Source of the DNA: Octopus bimaculoides
Lineage: Eukaryota
Assembly: GCF_001194135.2 (NCBI RefSeq)
Contig: NC_069000.1
Location: 44,404,612-44,437,125 of the forward strand
Direction of reading: 5' to 3'
Length of the DNA stretch: 32,514 bases
Shown piece after piece: positions 8,871 through 22,306 of this stretch (the stretch's first letter is position 1; each line of letters begins with the position of its first letter). The position numbers and the translations under genes are program-made. The notes below the pieces were generated by a model that was given only the letters and a program-made list of their open reading frames with translations, made no database searches and was not told where the DNA came from.

Positions 8871-11800
8871 GTCGAGTTCACAATTTTGATGTAAATAGAC
8901 CGAGTTAAGGTGGTGTGTGAGAATGAGAAAATGGTTTTTTGTTTAAGAAAATCTAACGAAACATGCAAAGCTTTGATGAAAGTTTTCAAAGAGAATCACA
9001 CGCATATATTAGTTTATGGAATGGCATTCAATATGACGTGTGTATATGCGTATATGCATGTGATTTCATATATATGATATGCAGTTATCCGTAGTAGTCT
9101 CTAGAGAGAGAGAGAGAGTGTGTGTGTATATATAAACACACACACGCATATACCCACACACACGCTGTAAGCCTCAAAATGCCAATTCCGTCTGATGGCA
9201 ATGTCTGCGAGAAGGCGGCAACACGTGTGTAGTAGAATGGCGACGTTGAAGAACATAGAACTTCCTTACATAGTGAGACATTTGAAGAGAAAGGGGGGGG
9301 GGGTGACGACTCCCGACGAAGGGTTAATAAATGCTTACACACACACATATATATACATACATACATAAATATACAGGAATACCGATTTCATTGCGTTTTT
9401 CTTTTGTCCATCTCGTGGTGTGGTCGAAGACAAGGTTTTTGGGATTGGATTATGCAAAATTCTTACCAATAAAGTTAGTTAATTTCTTTGTCTTCAGGCC
9501 TTTTCATTTCTTCTAAGTATAAATTAGGCCATTAAAGGGTGAAAAATCACACGAGTAGTACTGACTCGACTCTTGAACAGAATGGAACTTAGAACGTAAA
9601 AGACCTAAATAAAATACCACAAGGCATTTTGTCCGAAATCCCAATTAATTCAGCTAAGTGACTGCCCTAATTAATGATAACAATTACTTCTTAATTGCCG
9701 TTAGTTTAGAGAGAGAGGTCTAGTCGATTAAATCGACTTCAATATTTGACTGGTACTTATTTATTTTATCGAGCTTGGAAGGAAGGCAAAATTGACCTAG
9801 GCTGGATTTGAACTCAGAACATAAAGAATGGTAACAAATACTAATGTTCTAATGATTCTGCTAAATCCTCCGTCCTCAAGGTCACAAATCTAAGGGAAAA
9901 GAAGAATTGATTATATCAACACTGGTACAAGCTCGTACTATCTTACCGACCCCAGAAGAATGAAAATACAAAATTGACCTCGGTATTTTTTTAAAAACTC
10001 AAAAACGTACATTATTATGACTACGATAAAATAAATACCAGTTATATACTGAGATCAATCTAATCAGCTTACCCCTTCCCTTAAATTGCTGGCCTTGAGC
10101 TAAAAACTAAGATCCATTATTACAGCAACCTACACTATTAATAATTGTTTTAATAGCTGTGGTAATTAACCCTTTTCTTAATTATTTACCACAAGGGCGA
10201 TAGATAAGAAAGCAACAATGGTGTAATATAGATAAAAGAAAGTATAGCTTAGTAATTGTGATGTGGTTATATTCATGCCTTTCCCAAGGACATGTAAGGG
10301 TCACAAAGATGAGAACTCTCGTCCAAACCAAAATAAGACAACGGGCAATTTAGTGAATGATAAAATAATGACCATCACCACAACGATAACGGGTGGTGGT
10401 GATGCCGATGAAGGTATTAATGGTTTGTTTTGGACACATGAGGACAAAATGGATGTTGTGATGTTCAAGCATTTCCCTAAATACGAGGAAACCGATATGG
10501 CAAATGCCTTTTAATCCGGGATTGGAACGTCGTCTGTTCTCTCAGTTTAGCGGGAATACCACACATCCACTGGGTCACAATATCAAAGACGATTCCAAGG
10601 CCATTATTTTATGAAGAGATGCAAACAGTTCTTGTGTTATAATTACATTCATATCCAAGATTCTTTATAGAAAAAATAAACCGACTCATTGTTAGAATGG
10701 TAAAGTTAACCTCAGCGAGATTCGAACTCAGAACGTATAGGGACTACAACAAAGCATTTTTGTTCGATACTCAATCGATTGTAATGGGTTCTAGTAATTG
10801 GCGGGGAGATTTTATCGACCTTGAAATTGGCACGATTTTAAGCTTGTAATACACCATTTAGCTCTTATTTTACCGATTCCATCATCATATTTAATAATAA
10901 TAATTCTGTCTAAGAGAGGTCCAAAAGCTTGACATTTTGACGTTGAGAAGGGGCTAGTCGATTACATTGATGCTCGGTACTTGACTGATACTATATGTTA
11001 TCGACCCTGCAGCCATTCGTTTGACGCTGCATCGAAGAAAGCAAAGAACAAAATGCCAAAGAAAAAAGGAGAAAGAAGAAATGGACCCCGCACCAGAGCT
11101 GAAGACACCTTCCAAAGGCGGGGGGCGCCACGTCGAAGACGGTAGAGGAGAAGGGACCGAAACCGGACCTGGTTCCTCCTGATGATGTCTTTAGCCACTG
11201 GATCCTATAAAGGGGCTGTTGAGGTAGCGAACCACGAAACGTAGTTGGAATTCTTCAGAATTCCTCCTGATATCGATGAAGGATGAAAGGCAGGACGTAA
11301 AGAGTCGGAAGAAATGTCGTTAATGTTGTTCGACGTGCAAATGATTCTACCAAACGATGATGATCTCTGACGGTAGATACAAGACCCACATGTGTGTGAA
11401 GAATAGAATTCCAATAATTGACATAGGGCCTCGCTACAGATTGATGCCCCACTAAATTTGTTTCTTCATAACTTTTTGAAAACTACATATTTTAAAACGA
11501 AATTTTGCAGATACATTTTCGTGGGTGTACAAATTACGATTGTGTTGATAACATTAAAAGACAAAATTGTTAGGAGTTTTGTATCATTCGCCTTTCCCTC
11601 TTTCCGACTTTGTCTCTTCATAACTCTCGCTAAATTGGATATTTTTAATATTTTGCAGAAATGTTTTCGCGGGTTTAGATTACGTAATGATCACGTTTCA
11701 GATATATAATTCTAAAAAGAAAGTGAAAATGTTAAAGTTACGGAAATTGGTTGTGTCAAAGTTGGGAGAGAAAGATTGGGTTTTTTTTCAAAATTTTCTA

Positions 11801-12804
11801 CCATCATTATTGTCTTTACACTGCCGACAACTTATCTCTGTAAAATTTCAATTAAAAATTACAATCAATAACACCCCATCAAACTGTTAGACGAAAGGTG
11901 GTGAGTACTTAATGACACTAATAATAATAATATTTAGAAAATTATAAGGGAACAAAATCATGGAGGGTGGGGCCCTAATGTGTAGATATGCCTATGCTTT
12001 GCTTACCGTATCTGCTGTCTACCCCTACAACTTCAGAAAGATGAAAGCTGATACTCATTGACACTTAATAATAATAATGATGGTGATAATTTCTTCGATA
12101 AGCACGAGGTCACAATTTTTATGAAGGGAGGAATGTAATACAGTCGGCTTCAGTTCAATCGACCCGAGATACTTACTGGTACATATTTTTATCGACTGGG
12201 AAGAAATATAAAAGGGAAAAAAACTAACCTATCGATACTAGTGCTGATACTATCGATACTAATGCACCACAGCAAAAACCACGAATATATGTTTGACATT
12301 TAGGACTTCCTGAAGAAGCGTCAACCAAAAATAAACATGAATGTCATAAATTTATATATATATATATATATATTTATACGTCATCCTTCTACGGGGTTCA
12401 GACAAAGGTTAGACGAAGAAGACGGGAAAAACAATTGCTCGTCTTCGTATGACCGGTGCTTTGGTAACTAACTTTAATTGTATTAACCCAGCAAATATAT
12501 ATATATATATACAGAGGTGGCGGGAGTCAAGGTCCGAAAATAATATGGAAACATAAATACGTATAAGGCGCGTTATTTGAAGTTAGGACCACCCAAAAGC
12601 AGTAACAGAATGGTCTACAAAAGTGAATCTGGGAATGGAATAAGGAAGGAATGGAACCGAGGGATCTGGTTATGAGGGATACATTCATATTTATTTCCTT
12701 GGATAAAGACCAAAGACCCTACTTGAAACATTAGAACGTACACAACATACAAATTATAAACACGGTGGTGCACCAGCATGACCGCAGCCACTTGGCTGAA
12801 ACAC

Positions 12805-12805
12805 A

Positions 12806-12899
<94 letters not shown>
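12805..12899. repeat. Compound microsatellite (TAAA)n(TA)n(AG)n
   Basis: Direct reading. Confidence 0.9.
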
Positions 12900-12903
<4 letters not shown>

Positions 12904-13519
12904 TATTTTACTGATCTCAGTATTCGACTACGGCACCGCCATATAATATAACGGGTGTGCTTAGAAAATGAAATTGATTGTACGTGAAGTGAGTCCCAAG
13001 AATGGCGAAGTGTTGAAGAATTCCGACTAGTTATCAACGAAAGTATCTTGGAGTTTTTGCATCCAAAAGTTAGTTAAGCGATGCAAAGTAAGGAAACGAG
13101 CAGACAAACACAAGCCAAAGCAGGCAAGGAAGATCTCCATCCCATTTTTATTTCTTTCAGACAGAAAGAATACCAAGCCGACCGACTTGGTTAGAAATAT
13201 AAGTGAAGAATTTGTTGAACAGAGGGGAAAGACACACAAACTTTTTTTTTTTTTTTTTTTTGCTTTTTCTTTTAATAAGGTTCGATTTAGATTCATTACA
13301 ATAAATACTAGAAGGTAAAAAGAAAAATATATTTAAAAACACAAATTTTTGGTTACGAATGCAACAAGTTTGGAGTATGTAGAGGTTGTGGGCCTCTCAT
13401 CTGTGAATTATAAAATATAAGGATCGGTCTGTCTTCTTTTTTAAATGAGGAATACGTAGGACCATAAACATACAAAGTCTTCGAAATCAACAGGAACTAA
13501 GTTTTTTTTTAACTTCTCA

Positions 13520-13546
13520 AACTCCATCAATCTCTCTCTGCCTCTT

Positions 13547-13580
<34 letters not shown>

Positions 13581-14430
13581 ATTTTCGCACTTACCCTATG
13601 GCTCCTTCTCTTTCTCTTTCTCCTTCTTCACGCTTGAATAATTAGTTAAATAAATATAGAGATACATTAATTATTAACTTGGAGAGTTTGAAAAGAGAGA
13701 AAATATAAAAATAAATATGTATCCGTTTGCAGATACTTTGAAATAAAAGTGAATTTAACCTCACAAAATCGACATCGAATAATCCAATGAAGAAGCAAAA
13801 GCCACTGAAAACTTCATAACTTTTCTCCGCCCCTTCCTCCTGCAACTCTCTCTCTGTATCAATCTTTACATCTAAAGCACTCACTCACTCTTATCTATCT
13901 GTATGTCAATTGCTCTATTCTCTGTGTCTATCTGTATATCTTGCACTCCCTCTCACTCACTCGTTCTGCATTTATACGCGTATCTATCACACTCACTCTC
14001 TATACCCTCTCTCTATATCTATCACACTCTCCCACTCTCTCAGTCTGTCTCTATATCTATTTCGTTCATACTCTCTTTCTTTCTATAGCATTTTATTTCA
14101 TCTTTGGTATAATTTTCTTCCTTCACTCACGCGCTCCTGATTTATTAAGTTAGTAAACTGTACTAATTAATCTAGTTAATAAAGATAGCAATTTATTTAT
14201 TAATAGTTACTAATCTGCAATCACAAATGAAAAATAAACATTTAAAGCAGATTTAAAGTCAAACAAAAATTAACAAATCTAAAGAACAGTTTACGAAATT
14301 TTATAAGTAAAGATTCACTGTTCCTCTTTCTCTCTCTCTCTCTTTCTATCTATCTATTTGTCTCTCTGTCTCCATATCTATCTCTTTCTCTCTCTCTGTC
14401 TACCTCCCTCTATTTGTCTCTCTCTTTCTC
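13520..14430. repeat. Interrupted pyrimidine-rich (CT/TCTA) low-complexity region on the plus strand
   Basis: Direct reading; several (CT)n runs separated by AT-rich sequence. Confidence 0.75.
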
Positions 14431-14984
14431 TCGGCAAGAGACGAGGGAAAGAAATGCTAAGAAACGAACGAGAGGGGGAGTGTTGGAAAGTTGTTGATGT
14501 AGGCAAGAGAGTGAGAAAGGGGTGAGTTCGAGCACGTTCTTGAAGACAAGAAGGATAAAAGCGGGGTGGGGGAGATCTTCTTTCTTAGTTTCCGGTCTCT
14601 CATGTCTTGTTTTACAACTTCTGTTATACGTTTTGCTACTTGTTTTTTCTCCCTATCTTTTGTTATCACACTTTGAGTCCCTTCCTTCCGTCGTTCCCAC
14701 ATAAAACGGGCCCCTCTGTCAGTTTGCCTTTAACTGCTTCTGTGTGTGTGTGTGTGTGTGTGTATATATCAATAGACATTTATCCACACAAACCCTCATG
14801 ATATAGATAAAGAAACTAGGCTGAAAAAGAGAGTGAATGACGTCGTCTCCTCATGCCGACACTCTGGAGACCAATATCGAAGGATCGCCATATACATAAC
14901 AGGCTTCTTTCAGTTTCCGTCTGTGAAATCCAGTCGCAATTCTGCCCGATTTATTGTTGGCGAAGGAAGATAGACAGATAAATT

Positions 14985-16270
14985 CTAAGAAAAGTGACAA
15001 GTGGCGAAAAGAAGGAAGAGACGGATGTTGAGAGAAAAATTGCAGAGAATAAGAGACAAAGGAATAAAACAAAGGAGTGAGAAAGTTGAAAAATGATAGG
15101 AGGGAAACACGAAGGCAGTTTGAGAGAATAGGGGATGGAAGAAGGGAGTAAGTTTAATGAGAGAAGAGAAAATAAAGTTTGGATATAAAAGAGGAGAAAG
15201 AGAATATGGAAGTCTGTAAAGAATATGAAAGGTGAAAGAGTGTATAGGAATCTGTATAAATATGAGGGAGGAGGAGGAATTGTAAAAAGGGATTGGTGAG
15301 AGATTGTGTGACAGAGGGTGGTGGATCACAAGAGAGAGGGGGAACGTATGGAAAAGAGAGGGTGGGAGAATGAAAAGGGAGAGGTGGGAGGTTATAAGAA
15401 ACAGGGTAAGGACGTAAGAGAGGGTGATAGGATAGGAGATAGAGGAGGGGGTGTAAAATGAAAAAGAGAACGACAAAGAGAGGATGAGAAAGTGAGAGAG
15501 TGAAAGGAAGAGGAGAGATGATGAAAAGAAAGAAAAGGTTGCAGAATGTCAAAGGGAAAGGTTAGAGAATATAGGAGAAAGGACGATAATGTCAAAGAGA
15601 GGGAAAGTAAGGTAAAAGGGAGAGGTGAGAGAATGTAGAAGAGAGGGTAAGAGAATGTAAGGGAGGGTCAGAAAATATAGGAGAGAGAGAGAATGTAAAC
15701 GAATAAGAAGAGGGTGAAGTAGTTGATGAGTGTGAATAAAGATATTATAAGATATGAGAGAGGGTGAGTGAGAAAGGAAGTTGTAGTAGGGGACTGAGTG
15801 TAGGATTCCAAGTAGGAGTGTAGATGAAGGGGATAATGCTTGTATGGGGGGGTCAGAGAGAGAGAGAGAGAGGGAGGATATGTGTGAGAGAGAGAGGGAG
15901 GATATGTGTGAGAGAGAGAGGGAAGAGATATGTGAATGTCATGTGATTTGGCATTTGACTGGCGGAGTGAGAAAGAGAGTAAGAACAAGGGGAAAAGATG
16001 AGGGATAGAGAAAGAGAGCGAGAGAGAGAGAGATGCGTGGTGGAAGTAGATGGGTAAAGGAGTGGAGTAAAGAGAGAGAGAAAAAGCGTATGGATATATA
16101 TAGAAGAGGGTGGTGAAGGAGACAAATGATAAAATAGAGAGAGGGAGAGACGGAGTGAAATGAAGGGTGATAAGGAGAGAGAGAGCGAGAGAGGGGGAGG
16201 GCTAGAATAGCAATGCGAAGCAGAGTGTGTGTGGGCATGGATGGAGAAAGGGAGAAAGAAATGACGAGTA

Positions 16271-16301
<31 letters not shown>

Positions 16302-16310
16302 TAAATGGGG
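14985..16310. repeat. ~1.3 kb polypurine low-complexity tract, including a 24-bp unit repeated three times at 15862-15934
   Basis: Plus strand is overwhelmingly A/G. Unit GAGAGAGAGAGGGAGGATATGTGT occurs twice exactly and once as a variant. The tract runs into a gap. Confidence 0.9.
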
Positions 16311-17279
16311 NNNNNNNNNNNNNNNNNNNNNNNNNNNNNNNNNNNNNNNNNNNNNNNNNNNNNNNNNNNNNNNNNNNNNNNNNNNNNNNNNNNNNNNNNN
16401 NNNNNNNNNNNNNNNNNNNNNNNNNNNNNNNNNNNNNNNNNNNNNNNNNNNNNNNNNNNNNNNNNNNNNNNNNNNNNNNNNNNNNNNNNNNNNNNNNNNN
16501 NNNNNNNNNNNNNNNNNNNNNNNNNNNNNNNNNNNNNNNNNNNNNNNNNNNNNNNNNNNNNNNNNNNNNNNNNNNNNNNNNNNNNNNNNNNNNNNNNNNN
16601 NNNNNNNNNNNNNNNNNNNNNNNNNNNNNNNNNNNNNNNNNNNNNNNNNNNNNNNNNNNNNNNNNNNNNNNNNNNNNNNNNNNNNNNNNNNNNNNNNNNN
16701 NNNNNNNNNNNNNNNNNNNNNNNNNNNNNNNNNNNNNNNNNNNNNNNNNNNNNNNNNNNNNNNNNNNNNNNNNNNNNNNNNNNNNNNNNNNNNNNNNNNN
16801 NNNNNNNNNNNNNNNNNNNNNNNNNNNNNNNNNNNNNNNNNNNNNNNNNNNNNNNNNNNNNNNNNNNNNNNNNNNNNNNNNNNNNNNNNNNNNNNNNNNN
16901 NNNNNNNNNNNNNNNNNNNNNNNNNNNNNNNNNNNNNNNNNNNNNNNNNNNNNNNNNNNNNNNNNNNNNNNNNNNNNNNNNNNNNNNNNNNNNNNNNNNN
17001 NNNNNNNNNNNNNNNNNNNNNNNNNNNNNNNNNNNNNNNNNNNNNNNNNNNNNNNNNNNNNNNNNNNNNNNNNNNNNNNNNNNNNNNNNNNNNNNNNNNN
17101 NNNNNNNNNNNNNNNNNNNNNNNNNNNNNNNNNNNNNNNNNNNNNNNNNNNNNNNNNNNNNNNNNNNNNNNNNNNNNNNNNNNNNNNNNNNNNNNNNNNN
17201 NNNNNNNNNNNNNNNNNNNNNNNNNNNNNNNNNNNNNNNNNNNNNNNNNNNNNNNNNNNNNNNNNNNNNNNNNNNNNNN
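16311..17279. other. Assembly gap (N run)
   Basis: Ns. Confidence 1.
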
Positions 17280-17296
17280 ATATATATATATATATA

Positions 17297-18299
17297 TAGG
17301 TACTCAATTCTTTATCCAGAAATCTAAAATCCAGAAAGCACCAAACCCGCCCACCCCTCCGAACTTTTTTGTGACGGGTGGGGCGCGTCACAAGAGGAGT
17401 CGTTTGGTGTGCAAACAGCTGACCACTGTGACCTGACCCAGGCATGACGTGGCAATGTTTGGCAGGTCGGCCACCACTTACCCACAAGCGCCGTAGAGAG
17501 AAGGCGTCCATTTGCTGTTTGCTGTTTTCGTGTTGATTCTTGTGGTTTTGTATATAATTTACCCCGAAAATGTGAAAAAGAACTGTTGGGACCCCAATGG
17601 ATAACAGTGAGAAAAAGAAAAGGTAACATTTATCATTATCAGCAACACAGAAAGTGGAGTTACTACAGAGACTTGATCGTGGTGTGTCTGTGCGGCGGTT
17701 CGCTGAAGAATATGGTGATGGAATTAACACGGTGTATGATTTAAAGAAACAGAAAACAAATTACTGAAGTGAGAGTGATGATCAGAATCTAATGAAAAAT
17801 AGGAAAACATTACATAGGGCAAAAAATGAAGAGCTTGACTGTGTGATGAAAGAATGGATTCGACAACGAAGAAGGGCACATATGCCACTGAATGGTTTGT
17901 TGGTCATGAAACAAGCTAGAATATATCATAAAGAATTGGACATTGAAGGAGAGTGTCAATGTTCAGAAGGTTGGCTGCAAAAATTTGAGAAGCTTTTTGG
18001 TACGAAATGACTGAACATCTGTGGTGAAAATGTTTCTGCTGATTATGAAGCTGTGGAAAATTACAAAGACGAATTTGCCAAGATCGTATCTGATGAAAAC
18101 CTTTCTCCTGAACAAATTTACAATGCTGGTGAAACAGTTTTGTATTGGCGCTACGTACCAAGAAAAATCTTAACAACGGCAGATGAGGCAACACCAGCAG
18201 ATTTTAAGGATGTTAAGGAAAGGTTAAGTATTCTTGGATCTGTTAATGCTGCAGGCACACACAAGGTTAAGTTGGCAGTCATTGGGAAAAGCCAACGGC
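17297..18299 (+). mobile_element. Decayed pogo/Tigger (Jerky/TIGD-type, Tigger7-like) DNA transposon, 5' half; transposase pseudogene from 17570
   Basis: Joined frames read M*KRTVGTPMDNSEKKKR*HLSLSATQKVELLQRLDRGVSVRRFAEEYGDGINTVYDLKKQK (CENP-B/psq HTH), then MKNRKTLHRAKNEELDCVMKEWIRQRR...SEGWLQKF (second HTH), then EQIYNAGETVLYWR...KERLSILGSVNAAGTHKVKLAVIGKSQRP (DDE_1 start, first Asp mutated to Gly). Several stops and a frameshift. The left end follows (TA)n. Confidence 0.9.
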
Positions 18300-19404
18300 C
18301 GCAGTCAAATGACTGAAACAAATCAAAGATTTTGTTCTGAGTTCCTTTCACGCTGAGTTTAAACTTCGTTTTCTACCCTTTTCGAGTTGATTTTACTACC
18401 AGTCACTGAGGTCAGTGATGTCGTTTGGTTCCTTTCTGCCACAATTGCTGGCCTCGTACCGAAATCACAAACAATTATTATAACACAATCCCTGCAACTG
18501 GTTGGTGCAAGATAGAATAGTTAGAACGTCCGGCTCTTTGCGTTCCGAGGAAATCCTGCTAATGTTAGCTTTGACTTTCATTCTTTCAAGGCCGATCAGA
18601 TGAAATAAGCTGTTAGTCTAGCATTGTACTCGATCATCCAATCCTGCCCCTTCAAAATTGCCAGCCTTCTGCTTTAATCAGAAATTATCATTTATAATTG
18701 CAAATTGCCTTTCATCCTTTCGGGATCGATAAATTAAGTACCAGTTCTAATCGACTAGTCCCCTTCTCCAAAATTTCAAGCCTCGTGCCTTTAGTAGAAA
18801 GGATTATTTCATTATCGCAACTTGCTATTTCCCTCTCGTTCATATATTACATTTTGTCACTAAACTCCCGCTCTCTAAACTTCTCCATCTTTCGCATACA
18901 TTCTGTCTTTTCTCTTTCTGAACATTCTCCGTTGATTTTATATTACTTTTTAATCGTTAAAGTCCCTCCTACTTTTGTCTTTAAACATTCCTCCCGCGCT
19001 CATGTTTAACTCATTCTTAAGAATTCGTTCCTACTTCACATGTAACTGCCAGCCTCCCGCAAATTCTCTGTCTCGTTAAACTTTTGTCTTACGCGATTTA
19101 ATTTCTTTTTAATTTCTTCAGTTTCTCCATCTCTCCCTCAAGTTTTTTTTCTTATTTCTCTCTCACTCACATCAAACTTTACATTTGAGGAAAACTACCA
19201 CGCACGCAAACGCGTCCTCACTGTAGGTTTACATGAATGAATCGATTCTAAATTCTAGCTTTGCTCCAAAACAACTTCACAGACTAACATTCAGGTCTTA
19301 ACAACCCGAGAACTGCGTTTTCTACCCAGCTGGGTATCATTATTAGCCTCGGTGCGGTCAGCCAAAGACAGCCTCTCTAGACCACTCCTTCTCTCCTCCC
19401 CCCC

Positions 19405-19407
<3 letters not shown>

Positions 19408-19478
<71 letters not shown>
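19408..19478. repeat. (CT)n(CA)n compound microsatellite
   Basis: Direct reading. Confidence 0.95.
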
Positions 19479-19913
19479 TTTATGCGGCGGCTTTTCCTCT
19501 CGTTTCTATACTCGCTATATTTTCTGTACATCATTTGTCTCCTTGTGAAATCGTTGGAGATTCGGACATAAATAACTTATATTTCTTCCGGTCCTCCACA
19601 TTCTGAGTTCAAATACCGCCGAGGTCAACTGCGCCTTTTACCCCCTCCGACGATAAAATAAAAGTCCCAGTCAAATAGCGGGGTCGATGGGATTGATTAA
19701 CCCCCATCCTCTCAAAACCGCTTGGCCTTGTCCTAATTCAGAAGCCATTTCGCTCATCTCTCTCCCTCGTCTCGTGTTCTGCTCTCTTTTCGCCATTTCT
19801 TGTCTTTCTTCTCGTACAAATACACACACACACACATATATACACACTAACTCACAACACTCTCTTTCTCCCCTTTTATCGAGCTAGCTGTGCATCGCGC
19901 AGCCTTTATATCA

Positions 19914-19972
19914 ATCTATCTGTCTAGCCACCTCTCTCTTTACCTATCTATCTATCTACCTATCTATCTATC

Positions 19973-20031
<59 letters not shown>

Positions 20032-20036
20032 GTCTG

Positions 20037-20076
<40 letters not shown>

Positions 20077-20195
20077 CCTGTCTCTATCTATCTATCTATC
20101 TATCTATCTATATATCTATCTATGTATCTATCTATCTGTCTATCTACCTATCTATCTATCTATCTATCTACCTACCTACCTATCTATCTATCTAC

Positions 20196-20260
<65 letters not shown>
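19914..20260. repeat. (TCTA)n / (GATA)n tetranucleotide array, ~350 bp
   Basis: Direct reading; occasional TCTG and CCTA variants. Confidence 0.95.
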
Positions 20261-20851
20261 CCTCAAGCTAGCTCGCTCTCCCTTTCAATTCTCTGCCTCT
20301 CCTTCACTCTTACTCTCTCACACCTCACACTCTTCCTTATACACATGCCACTCCTCATTTCCCTCTCAATCACCCCTCCCCCTCTCTCTCTCCTTTTCCT
20401 CTTACTCTATTTATCTAACCTTCTCTATTTCTACATTCAACCGTTTCTGGCGCCGACTTCCAGGCAGTGAAGCTGACAGAACCGAACCGCCATACGACCA
20501 TTCTCTCTCTCTGTCTGTCTCTCTCTCAGCACTGCCATTGGTACATTCTACCCGCTTCTTCCAAATATGGGTACTTCTGCTGGGAACTTACTTTGACTTC
20601 TTCTTCTTCTTCTACGTCTTTGTTCTTCACTTCCTCCCTTTATCTTTCTTATTTCAACATCGACGTCTTTTAACGCCAAGTCTTTTAGAAATCAGAGATT
20701 CCCCCTTTGTTATCTATCCAATGCATGCATCTTTGCGCAACCCCCACCCATGTGTGTGTATGTGTGCATGTATGTATAAATATACAAACGTATACTAACC
20801 AGTGATATATGTATATTATACACAAACTGACTCACATTGATTGATAGAGTC

Positions 20852-20874
<23 letters not shown>

Positions 20875-20884
<10 letters not shown>

Positions 20885-20959
20885 AACATCTATAAACAAT
20901 TATTAATTGTTGATTTATTAATAAATCAACAGTTAATAATTGTTTATAGATGTTTATAA

Positions 20960-20964
<5 letters not shown>
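20875..20964. repeat. Spacerless AT-rich palindrome, 45-bp arms, one mismatch
   Basis: Centre at 20919/20920. All pairs match except 20907 T against 20932 G. Flanked by (TA)n on both sides. Confidence 0.95.
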
Positions 20965-21003
<39 letters not shown>

Positions 21004-21249
21004 GTATAAATATACGTGTATATATTTTTATTAATATTTAGCAGGAGTGACTCAAGGTCCGAGAGTCTTGTGCGTTAGTACTTATCAAACCTATATACGT
21101 GTGCTATACGAGGTAGCTAGACCTGCTACAAACAGCAGCCAAACACTCCTTCGAGTCACATATTAACGCCTTAAAATGCAAGACACGGTTAATTTAGTCT
21201 GAAATACACTCTGTGTGTGTGTGTGCTGCGTTCGTGTGAGTGTGTATGT

Positions 21250-22239
21250 GGGGAGAGAGAAATAGAGAGGCAGGAGGGGAGGAAGAGGATTTAACTGTAG
21301 TAAAGTGACAAGAATGAGAGAGAAAGAAAGAAATGCTGTAAAAGAGAAATAACGAGAAATCGAGAGAGAGAGAGAGAGAAAAGTCATTTGACTGCGGCCA
21401 TATTAGAGCATCGCTCTGAATGTTTAGTCATTCAAATGGACTCCAATACTTGTTTTTTGAAGTCTGCTACTTATTCTCTAGTACTTGTTTCGAGTCTAGA
21501 ACTTAAGCTGATCAAACTCTCCAAAACCTCGACATAATTCGCTGCATCTCGTATCTGTACGTAAGAGTCCATCAGCTCTTTTTGATTTGTTCTCGTGTAA
21601 CACAATCGATATCCCCTAGAAAGCATCTCCTCTGTAAAATGGTCGGAAGAGTTCGACTTTGATGATGCAACTGGTTGAATAAATTGTCTTGAACAGTGGA
21701 GACGTAGGCTGTCATATATGAGACAGATTTTGAAGAATTTGATCCGACCTGTTTCATTCCAAAGTGATTGTGGTGTTATTGATGGGATCAGCTTTTGTAG
21801 ATAATCGTACATAAAAGGGAAGACTACATTTGGTCTTGACTCTCATTTGAACTCGCTAACACGAAACTTTACTTGTGTTGTTGCTGATGAAGTGAGTTAA
21901 ATTACTTAGAATAACGCAATAGTTGATTTAAATGAAATTAAGCGGGAGTTGAATTTCATGAATTCTAGGACAAGTGACGGCACAATGAAATGTAGTCGTC
22001 TCTTTTTTGAGTTATTCGTCAGAAATGAACAAAAATGCTATTAGTAATTTAAGGAGAAATTAAAGAAATATGATTTAAAATAGAAATAAAATTGCAAGGT
22101 TAAAAGAAAGACGTAAATGATATTGTGAACAACATAAACGTAAAGAAACAAGAGATGTGGAAAAAATTGGTGGGTGGGAAAGAAACCGAAAGAAAAGGCG
22201 ACAAGAAGAGTGAACATGGAAATCGAAAAGAATTGGAAA

Positions 22240-22306
<67 letters not shown>

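Noticed and set aside
11455-11830. AT-rich segment with an internally repeated CTTCATAACT...ATTTTGCAGA motif, resembling a DNA-transposon subterminal region
   Set aside because: No terminal repeats or target duplication could be found, so no element boundaries can be called.
21862-21915. CTGATGA at 21884 with an upstream GAAAC, and CTGATGA at 11179
   Set aside because: No consistent stem I/II/III set and no properly placed GAAA or NUH. These are chance 7-mers, not hammerheads.
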